This document shows positions 56,831 through 64,000 of a stretch of 64,000 nt of DNA, piece after piece (positions within the stretch are counted from its first letter, which is position 1; each line of letters opens with the position of its first letter). The notes below the pieces were generated by a model, which ran no database searches, was not told where the DNA came from, and saw only the letters and a list, made by a program, of their open reading frames with translations. Source of the stretch: an uncultured delta proteobacterium (lineage in GTDB: Bacteria; Myxococcota; Kuafuiibacteriia; Kuafuiibacteriales; Kuafuiibacteriaceae); assembly GCA_963803435.1 (NCBI GenBank), contig CAWDML010000008.1:288001-352000 (forward strand), read 5' to 3'. The translations under genes and the position numbers were made by a program.

Positions 56831-57973
56831 CTAGTCGCCCCAGAGCTGACGGGAGGCGAGCTCCTTCATGATCTCCTCGGTCCCGCCTCCGATCGCGATC
56901 ACCTTGGTCTCGCGATAGATCCGCTCGCACTTGGCCCCCCGGATGTAGCCGGCACCTCCGAGGATCTGCACGGCCTCCTTCGCGCACAGCTCCATGGTCT
57001 GCGTGGCGTTGTTCTTGAGCATGCAGATCTCCGGGATCGGAGAGTCGCCCTGGCCGACGCGCCAGGCGATGTTCTCGAGGAACGCCTTGGTGGCCTGGAT
57101 GTGCATCTGCATGTCGACCAGCTTGTGGCGGATGACCTGCCTCTTGATGAGCGGGCGCCCGAAGGTCTCGCGCTCCCGCGCCCAGGCCAGCGCCTCGTCG
57201 AAGCAGGTGCGGGCGAAGCCGTACGCGTTGGCGGCCAGACCGAGCCGCTCGTTGTTGAAGTTCAGCATCAGGCCGTAGAAGCCTTGGTTGAGCTCGCCGA
57301 TCTGGTTCTCGACGGGGACGCGGCAGTCGTCGAAGTAGAGCGTCGCGGTGTCGGAGGCCCACCAGCCCATCTTCTTGAGCGGCGTGCGCGAGAGGCCCGG
57401 CGTATCGCCGTCGATCAGGAGGAGCGAGATCCCACCCATGCCCTCGCCGCCGGTTCGCACCGCGACGGTGAGGTAGTCTGCGCGCATCCCCGAGGTGATG
57501 AACGTCTTCGAGCCGTTGACCACCCAATGATCGCCGTCCCGCCGGGCCGTCGTCTTGAGGTTCGCGACGTCCGATCCGCCGGAGGGCTCGGTCACTGCCA
57601 GCGCCGCGATCTTCTCTCCCGAGAGCACCTGGGGCAGCACGCGCGCCTTGAGCGCTTCGCTCCCCAGCGCGGCCACCGGCGGCGTGGCGATGGTGTGGCT
57701 CATGAGGCCGGCGTTGAGGCCGCCGCTCCCTGCGCGCGCCAGCTCTTCGCACGCGACGATCACGTAGAACGGATCTGCGGGCGTCCCGCCGTACTCCTCC
57801 GGAAATCCGAGGCCCAAGAGCCCGACCTCGGCGGCCTTCCGGTAGAGCTCGCGCGGAAACGCCTCGGCTTCGTCCCATTGGTCGACGAACGGGGCGATCT
57901 CGCGGTCCACGAAGCGGCGCAGGGACGCACGGAAGGCTCGGTGCTGCTCCTCGTAAAACGGGCTATCTTCCAC
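56831..57973 (-). CDS. Acyl-CoA dehydrogenase
   Basis: ALAVTEPSGGSDVA, NGSKTFITSG, KMGW..SDTA.LYF, R.TFG.PL, IGGGTEEIMK; GTG start at 57973. Confidence 0.93.
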   Translation of the reverse strand: MEDSPFYEEQHRAFRASLRRFVDREIAPFVDQWDEAEAFPRELYRKAAEVGLLGLGFPEEYGGTPADPFYVIVACEELARAGSGGLNAGLMSHTIATPPVAALGSEALKARVLPQVLSGEKIAALAVTEPSGGSDVANLKTTARRDGDHWVVNGSKTFITSGMRADYLTVAVRTGGEGMGGISLLLIDGDTPGLSRTPLKKMGWWASDTATLYFDDCRVPVENQIGELNQGFYGLMLNFNNERLGLAANAYGFARTCFDEALAWARERETFGRPLIKRQVIRHKLVDMQMHIQATKAFLENIAWRVGQGDSPIPEICMLKNNATQTMELCAKEAVQILGGAGYIRGAKCERIYRETKVIAIGGGTEEIMKELASRQLWGD

Positions 57974-58028
57974 GAATTCGCCACATAGCATGGTCCCATG
58001 TATGCTGGCAGGCCCTGGAGGCGCTGAC

Positions 58029-61000
58029 ATGAAGGTGCCGGAGCAGGCGCCGGTCGAGCTTGCTCGACCCGAGCTGGATGACGTGAGCGATCGCAGCGCT
58101 CCCGCTGTGAACTCGGCTGAGCACCTCCTGTCGAACCTCCCCGAAGGCCGACAGTCGGCCTGGGGCCGGCCGGTCGAGACCGAGTCCAAGGACCTCGAAC
58201 GCCTCACGCGCCAGCTGCAAGCGGACTTGCAGCTTCTGGTCAGCGACCTCAAGCGTGGCCCCCTGGCCCGCCTCCTCGAGAACGCCCACGACTACCTGGG
58301 AGAGCTCCGGCGTGAGTTCCTCCGCCACCACCGGCGCCTGGTCATCCAGGTGCGGACCCCCGAGGGCTGCGCCGACCTGTCCGAGCGCGTGCACTTCGAG
58401 CTGGCCGAGCTGGCCGAGCGCTTCCGGAGCGTGGCCCTCGGCCGGTCTTCCCGGCTCGCCAACGCCTGGAACCCGCAGGAGCTGGTCGAGCTGGTGGACC
58501 GTACCGTCGATGCGCTCCCCGATCATCTGACCGTTCCCCTCGAGCCGGTCTCCTACGAGGGCGCCGACATGGTCGCGGTGATCCGGCGCGTCCGCCGTCG
58601 CCTGCGCCGCCGCCGCCCGCTCACCCGGACGATCCGCATGCGTGAGCTGGTCCACCATCACGTGGCGCACGTGACCTCGGAGCGCATCGAGGGCCTGACC
58701 ACGCCGTTCGTGCGCATCGACATCGAGCTGTCCGTCCGGACGCGCACGATCTTCGAGGCGATCGCTGAGGGCTTCGAGGCGTTGATCGGCCGCGAGGCGG
58801 CGGAGCTCCCCGATCTGGTCCAGCTGCTCCGCACCAAGGTCGAGGACGAGATCGTGCTGGCGGAGAAGGAGGCCCACCGGCTCGCTTCGGACGTCACTCG
58901 TCGCGCCGTGGCGATGTTCGGTGAGGCCATGACTCTGATCAAGGCCGATCTTCCGGAGATCGGGACCTTCGATCTGCCCGGGCGCCGCCGCAGCGGCCGG
59001 AAATGGCTGCGGCAGCGCGAGCGCGTGATGGAGGCCCTCGCCGTCGATCTGTCGCGGGTCCGCGACAGCGGTGCCGGCGACTACGCGCTCCTGGCGCTCC
59101 AGCTGGAGTTCATCGCCTTCGAGGCGCGCGCACACTACGCGATGGAGGGCGAGCTCGCCGATCTGGAGGCCGACGTGCGCGGGCGCAGCCACGTCCAGCT
59201 CGAGCGTGTGCAAGCCGCCTTGCGGGGCGCCCTGGAGAAGATCGCTCAGCAGCCGCACGACGAGGAGGAGCTCCACGACCTCATGGAGCCTGTCGAGCGG
59301 GTCCTCGGTGAGGCGCTGCGCGTGCTCTTTCAGCTCAACGATCAGCTCGAGGCCGACCATGCCGCCTCACCGCTGCTGGACGCGCTCACGCGCCAGGCGC
59401 AGACCCTCACCGATCGCTACCGCGTCCCCACCGCCCGGCTGGCGCACTCGGAGTGGGAGCTGCCGGCGCCCTCGACCACGATCGAGGTTCCGCTTCGAGA
59501 GCTGGTCTCAGCGTACATGCTCACCGACGTCGGCCCGCGCGTCCTCGAGGCGACCAACGGGGCGGCGCGGGACGTCCAGCCGCTGCTCGCGTTCTGCCAA
59601 GAGCTCGAGCGCATCGTCACTTTCAACACTGAGGCCGGCGCCGGCGAGGGCATGGCGATCGATCCGCTCGACTCCTCGGGTCAGCTCCAGGAGTTCGTCG
59701 TGGGCGCGCTCAACCGGCGCATGGACGTGCTCTCCGAGCAGATCGAGCGCACCGATCAGTGGGCCACCGAGCTGAGCTCGCGCGTTCAGACCGTGGTGGT
59801 GCAGCGCCTCACGGACCTGCGCCATCACCTCGCCGAAGGGCGCGCCTCGAGCCTGCGTCTGGATCTGGTGCGGATGGCGCAGTCGAGGCGCCGGCTCCGC
59901 GGCGAGCTCGATCGCGTCACCACCGTGCTCGATCGACTCCGTGGCCAGACGACCGGCTCCATCCGGCGCACCGTGGGCGAGGAGCGGCTCCGGCGCTGGA
60001 AGGCCTTGCTCGGGCTGGGCGAGGAGGACCTCGGGCCCCCCGAGGCGGGCCAGTTCGCGCCTCCCGAAGCGCAGGTCGAGATCCCGATTGTGTACCGGCG
60101 CCTCTTTGCGGCCCAGGCGCACTGGGCCGGCGACGTGCTGCATCAGGACGCCGTCAAGCTCGCGCGTGAGCACCTCGCCCACGCGCCCGGGCTGCGCGCA
60201 GTGGCGGTGGTCGGCCTCGATGCGGCGCGCAAGGTCGCGATGGTGTCGGCGATCTCGCGCGGTGAGCGCTTCGGGGCCGTGCGGCGGGTGGCGTGGAAGA
60301 AGCCGGCCACCCTCGACGAGGTCGAGCGCGTGCTCGCCGATCTCCCCAGGGGACACCTGATCGTGGTGACCGGTCTGCGCTGGCTGATCTCGGCGCGCCC
60401 GGGCGGGTTCGACCCGCTGCGGCGCTTCGTCGAGGGCGTGGTCGCCGACGCCAACCAGAACGCGTGGCTGCTCGAGTCGGGCCACTTCGTCTGGGAGTAC
60501 GCCTGCCGGATCTCCGCGATCGGATCACTGGTGACCACGATCGTTCGCGCCGATCCGCTACCGCCGCTCGACCTCGAGAACGCCGTGCTGGCGCGCCACC
60601 ACCTGAGCGGCCACGAGCTGGTCTTCGTGGACTCCGCCCGCAACACGTTCAAGGCCGGCCCGGTCCGCTCCGCGATCCAGGATCAATACTTTCTGGACCT
60701 GCACGAGGCGTCCGGCGGGCTCCTGCATGCGGCGCTCGTCTTCTGGATCGGATCGATCGTCGAGGTGAACGAGTCTGCAGGCCGCGTACGTGTCGGGGCC
60801 GTGCCTCGGTCTTCGATCCCTCGGCTCCGCGCCCTCCCCGAGCATGATCTGCTCATGCTCTACCAGGTGGCGCGCCAGGGCTGGATGGACGGAGAGACGC
60901 TCGCGTTCCTGTTCCGCACCGACGTCACCACTGCGCGTGCGGCCCTGGTCCGACTCGCCAACCTGGGTCTGCTCGAGCGTGCGCACCGCGTATATCAAGT

Positions 61001-61058
61001 GCCGTCGCACCTCCGGGGTGGGGTGGTGCAGGCGCTCGCGGCGAGGGGATGGGTCTGA
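58029..61058 (+). CDS. Large helical protein with degenerate P-loop/AAA-like region and C-terminal winged helix
   Basis: GGAGG RBS; long helical N-terminus; AVAVVGLDAARK at the Walker A position; LHEASGG..AL.FW; ARAALVRLANLGLL; coupled to MscS gene. Confidence 0.65.
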   Translation: MKVPEQAPVELARPELDDVSDRSAPAVNSAEHLLSNLPEGRQSAWGRPVETESKDLERLTRQLQADLQLLVSDLKRGPLARLLENAHDYLGELRREFLRHHRRLVIQVRTPEGCADLSERVHFELAELAERFRSVALGRSSRLANAWNPQELVELVDRTVDALPDHLTVPLEPVSYEGADMVAVIRRVRRRLRRRRPLTRTIRMRELVHHHVAHVTSERIEGLTTPFVRIDIELSVRTRTIFEAIAEGFEALIGREAAELPDLVQLLRTKVEDEIVLAEKEAHRLASDVTRRAVAMFGEAMTLIKADLPEIGTFDLPGRRRSGRKWLRQRERVMEALAVDLSRVRDSGAGDYALLALQLEFIAFEARAHYAMEGELADLEADVRGRSHVQLERVQAALRGALEKIAQQPHDEEELHDLMEPVERVLGEALRVLFQLNDQLEADHAASPLLDALTRQAQTLTDRYRVPTARLAHSEWELPAPSTTIEVPLRELVSAYMLTDVGPRVLEATNGAARDVQPLLAFCQELERIVTFNTEAGAGEGMAIDPLDSSGQLQEFVVGALNRRMDVLSEQIERTDQWATELSSRVQTVVVQRLTDLRHHLAEGRASSLRLDLVRMAQSRRRLRGELDRVTTVLDRLRGQTTGSIRRTVGEERLRRWKALLGLGEEDLGPPEAGQFAPPEAQVEIPIVYRRLFAAQAHWAGDVLHQDAVKLAREHLAHAPGLRAVAVVGLDAARKVAMVSAISRGERFGAVRRVAWKKPATLDEVERVLADLPRGHLIVVTGLRWLISARPGGFDPLRRFVEGVVADANQNAWLLESGHFVWEYACRISAIGSLVTTIVRADPLPPLDLENAVLARHHLSGHELVFVDSARNTFKAGPVRSAIQDQYFLDLHEASGGLLHAALVFWIGSIVEVNESAGRVRVGAVPRSSIPRLRALPEHDLLMLYQVARQGWMDGETLAFLFRTDVTTARAALVRLANLGLLERAHRVYQVPSHLRGGVVQALAARGWV

Positions 61059-62189
61059 TGCGCACGCTTGGCATGTTGGCGGTGGCGCTCTCGCTCGCAG
61101 CCGTGACGCCGGCGTGGGCCCAGGTCGGATCCTCTTCGACGGCTACGGTCGCCGCTGCCAAGCCCCCACCGCCGCCCGAGCCGCCCCCGGAGCCCCCGCC
61201 GCCTCCACCCCCGGCCGTCCCGAAGAAGCCGGAGATCGACCGACTCGGCCAGCAACGGCTCTACGTCGGCGTGCCGCTGCTGCTCCCCGAAGCGCCGCCT
61301 CCTCTGCTCTCGAAGGCGGCGCCCGAGCCGTTGCCGAAGCCCGACGTGGTGCTCCCCCCGCCGCCTCCGCCTCCGCCGCCCGCGGTGATGCCGCCTGCGC
61401 CCGCACCGGGTGTGAAGGAGCGACCCTCCGTGAGGCCGTGGGTCATCGAGGAGTCCCCGTGGATCGAGCACCTGCGCGCCTTCAACGGTGCGGCCACGCT
61501 GCTCATCGTCATCGCGCTGATGGTCGTCGCCGCGATGCTCTCGTCCTTCGTCCGCCGCCAGTCCGATCGGCGGACGCTGCTCGCGCGGATGGCGGCCGGC
61601 TCGAACAAGCTCGCCCGCATCCTCGCGGCGGTCTTTCTCCTCCTGCTGGCGATCGCCTGGCTGCCGAGCGAGGCGCTCCCGTTTGCGCTGCTGGCGGTCG
61701 CCCTGGCGCTCGGGTGGTCGATGCGTGACGTCGTCCCCGACCTGATCGCAGGCGCGGTGATCACCTTCGAGCGACGCGTCCGCCCGGGGATGTGGCTGTC
61801 CGGGGACGGGTTTGCGGGCGTGGTCGAGCGCGTCGGGCTCCGCGCCACCTGGCTGAAGGACGCCACCGAGCGGCGGATCGCGGTGCCCAACCGCACGCTC
61901 GTTTCGCACCCGGTCACCTCCGACGACGGCCGCTGGCCGACGCGCGAAGTGTTGCTCCGGATCGACTCGGACATCCCCGCCGACCGCGTCCGCCACGCCA
62001 TCATCGACGCGGTGCTGGCCTCGCCGTGGACCCCGGTCCGCGACACGCCGGCGGTTCAGCGGGACGGCGGCGATCCTTCAGTTTGGCACGTGCGGGCCCG
62101 CGTCCTCGAATCTCTCGTTCGCGGGCAAGTTCGAGGGCGAGCTTCTCGAGCGCGCCGAGGCGATGCTCGAGCGCCGCGGGCGCTCGTAG
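61058..62189 (+). CDS. MscS-family mechanosensitive channel with signal peptide and Pro-rich N-terminus; +1 frameshift near 62113
   Basis: ALG..RDVVPDLIAG..G.W..GVVERVGLRATWL..VPN; correcting one base gives ..SFAGKFEGELLERAEAMLERRGRS* at 62187-62189. Confidence 0.8.
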
Positions 62190-62197
62190 GCCGGCGG

Positions 62198-62752
62198 TCA
62201 GTTCGAGAGCGCGACGGTGCTGGCGATGGCGCCCGAGACGCCCGCGCTGATCAAGACGGTGGAGACGAGGCCGTTGATGAAGATCGACTTCTGGTTCGCC
62301 GTGAACTCGTCCGGAATGCTCACCTCTGTCTTCTTGGTGTTGATCTCGAACTCGAGGTCGCTCTGAGCGGCGAGGGCCTTCGTGGTTCGGACCGCGAAGA
62401 ACACGCCGACGGCCACGGCGGCGATGCTCCCTCCGAGCGTGATCCATGGGACCACCTTGATGGGTCGGGAACGCTCGGCCTGGATCACCTGGGTCGGCGC
62501 CAGCCGCACGGGCGTGGCGGCCGGCGGCGGCGGCGCGGCGATCCGGGGGATCGGGGCAGACTGCGCCGGTGGCGGGGGCGGGGCCTGCTCTTCTTCGGCC
62601 TTCGCCTCCGGAACCTCGACCGAGGTATCCTTTCGATCCTTCTTCACCACCTTGATCGTCGATTGTGCGGTGCTCTCGTCGATCGGAGTCTGCGCCGTGA
62701 GCAGGGCATAGCTGGTGAGGAGAGGGAGTATCGATCCGACCACGTCGATCAC
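62198..62752 (-). CDS. Hypothetical membrane protein (Pro-rich linker, two C-terminal hydrophobic helices)
   Basis: Typical codon usage on the minus strand; PWITLGGSIAAVAVGVFFAV; start uncertain (62743-62779). Confidence 0.55.
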   Translation of the reverse strand: MIDVVGSILPLLTSYALLTAQTPIDESTAQSTIKVVKKDRKDTSVEVPEAKAEEEQAPPPPPAQSAPIPRIAAPPPPAATPVRLAPTQVIQAERSRPIKVVPWITLGGSIAAVAVGVFFAVRTTKALAAQSDLEFEINTKKTEVSIPDEFTANQKSIFINGLVSTVLISAGVSGAIASTVALSN

Positions 62753-62788
62753 AATGAGCAAGTGGTACGCCGACTGCAACGGAGGGAG

Positions 62789-63436
62789 ATGACTCAGGTG
62801 AGTTGGATCAAGCGATCATTTATTGCCGCGCTCTCGCTGTGGAGTGTCCAAGCACGTGCGGAGAACTATCACCTCGTGGAGCGCGAGAGCTTCCTCTACG
62901 TGGAGGTGAGGCCCGCGAAGACGCTCCTGTCGAAGGCCGCCCATCAGCACGTGGTTCGGGCCACGCATTGGACCGGATCGGTGAGCTACGACCCGAACAC
63001 CCCCGAGAAGTGTCAGATCCGGATCGAGATCCCGGTCGAGCATCTCGTAGTGGACGAGCCCCAGATGCGCAAGAGGCTCGCCTACGACAAGCCGATCGCC
63101 GAGAGCGACCGAGGGCGCGTTCGCGACAGCATGCTCGACGAAGACCAGCTCGCGGTCTCGAAGTTCCCCAAGATCACGTTCCAGTCGTCCGCCTGCAAGA
63201 AGCTCTCGGACACCAAGATCGAGGTGACCGGGGATCTGGAGATCCGCGGCGTCAAGAAGCAGGTGAAGGTGCCGATGGACGTCCAGCTCGGCGGCGGTCG
63301 CTTCAAGGCCAAGGGCCAGTTCGCGCTCAAGCACGAGGACTTCGGCTTCGAGCCCTATTCGGCGGCGCTGGGTGCGATCAAGAACGACGACGTGCTCACG
63401 TTCAACGTGCGCGCCATCGGCGTCACTGGCGACTGA
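62789..63436 (+). CDS. YceI-family lipid/polyisoprenoid-binding protein
   Basis: GGAGG RBS, signal peptide, H.HVVRA, FPKITFQS, VTGDLEIRGV, DFG..P. Confidence 0.85.
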   Translation: MTQVSWIKRSFIAALSLWSVQARAENYHLVERESFLYVEVRPAKTLLSKAAHQHVVRATHWTGSVSYDPNTPEKCQIRIEIPVEHLVVDEPQMRKRLAYDKPIAESDRGRVRDSMLDEDQLAVSKFPKITFQSSACKKLSDTKIEVTGDLEIRGVKKQVKVPMDVQLGGGRFKAKGQFALKHEDFGFEPYSAALGAIKNDDVLTFNVRAIGVTGD

Positions 63437-64000
63437 CCGCCTCGGCCTCGACGGGGTTCGACAGTGTCCCGATCTTCTCGATCTCGACCTCCACCCAATC
63501 GCCGGGGCGGAGGTACCGAGGCGGCCTTCGTTGATCGCCCACGCCCGACGGTGTGCCAGTGGCGATGACGTCGCCCGGTTCGAGCGTGCAGAACGTCGAG
63601 AGGTACTCGATCAGCTCCGGGACCGAGAAGGTCATGTCGCCGGTGAGGGCGTGCTGCAAACGCTCTCCGTTCACGCGGGTGCACAGCTCGAGCTGCGAGG
63701 GATCCGGGATCTCGTCGGACGTCACCAGCCACGGGCCGAACGCTCCGGTCGAGTCGAAGTTCTTCCCCGGCGTGAACTGCGACCCGTGACGCTGCCAGTC
63801 GCGCACCGAGGCGTCGTTGAAGCACGTGTAGCCGGCCACGAGCTCGAGCGCCCGCTCGGCCTTCACGTGCCGCCCGCGCCGGCCGATCACGACGGCCAAT
63901 TCGCCCTCGTAGTCGAGCTGATCGGAGACGCTGGGCCGGACGATCGGCTGGCCGTGTCCGACCAGCGTGGAGACGAAGCGCGTGAAGACGATCGGATGCG
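63423..64000 (-). CDS. Fumarylacetoacetate hydrolase family protein, 5' end outside window
   Basis: LDYEGELAVVIG, GYTCFNDASVRDWQ, GKNFD, LEPGDVIATGTPSGVG. Confidence 0.93.
   Translation of the reverse strand, partial: HPIVFTRFVSTLVGHGQPIVRPSVSDQLDYEGELAVVIGRRGRHVKAERALELVAGYTCFNDASVRDWQRHGSQFTPGKNFDSTGAFGPWLVTSDEIPDPSQLELCTRVNGERLQHALTGDMTFSVPELIEYLSTFCTLEPGDVIATGTPSGVGDQRRPPRYLRPGDWVEVEIEKIGTLSNPVEAEAVSRQ

Noticed and set aside
61160-61410. CCG-rich repeats
   Set aside because: Simply encode the poly-proline linker of the MscS protein.
62763-62778. Sigma-54-like TGGTACGCCGACTGCA before yceI
   Set aside because: GG-N10-GC spacing is right, but the -12 is non-consensus and the predicted TSS would exclude the good GGAGG RBS; too ambiguous.
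61049-63436. 795-aa ORF suggesting an MscS-YceI fusion
   Set aside because: One extra base near 62113 bypasses the MscS stop at 62187-62189. The linker is the antisense of a minus-strand gene, and YceI has its own RBS, ATG and signal peptide.
1-64000. Many long overlapping or antisense ORFs (e.g. 41707-44100 -, 53209-55614 -, 33265-35478 -)
   Set aside because: Arg/Pro/Gly-rich shadow frames expected at this GC content, each overlapping a motif-supported gene.
1-64000. CRISPR arrays, tRNA/rRNA genes, prophage or known defence operons
   Set aside because: No regularly spaced repeat-spacer units, cloverleafs, phage genes, or cyclase next to the patatin were seen by eye.

Overview
A very GC-rich chromosomal window, probably from a Myxococcota-like bacterium (MYXO-CTERM tail, myxobacterial Cys-rich repeats, FHA-type sigma-54 activator, PilZ-J-TPR protein). 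Scattered single-base indels suggest an imperfectly polished long-read assembly. In order it holds: a TtpC/ExbB-ExbB-ExbD-TonB-TPR-receptor operon, ppx, an ECF sigma/anti-sigma pair, a degenerate-GGDEF-patatin fusion, a MacAB-TolC-like exporter, solute transporters, ppa, an NTT-HEAT/cNMP-binding/receiver operon, pilT-purE-sfsA-IYD-like genes, a signalling cluster, two acyl-CoA dehydrogenases, an arylsulfotransferase, a large protein coupled to MscS, YceI and an FAH-family gene. I found no rRNA, tRNA or CRISPR array. Best leads: (1) an 874-bp cassette at 55957-56830 with ~65-bp terminal inverted repeats containing (GGGACC)n arrays and a duplicated CTAG that supplies the stop codons of both convergent neighbours; it carries an intact four-helix-bundle (IVP/Avd-like) gene and only a stub of an IS1182-type transposase. 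(2) A local sigma-54 circuit around the FHA activator, in which a 31-bp motif, the -24/-12 box and the start codon have identical spacing at two genes. (3) Signatures of leaderless mRNAs at both sigma-54 and sigma-70 promoters. (4) A patatin fused to a GGDEF-like domain that keeps only the c-di-GMP I-site. All family assignments are by eye from motifs; no searches were run.
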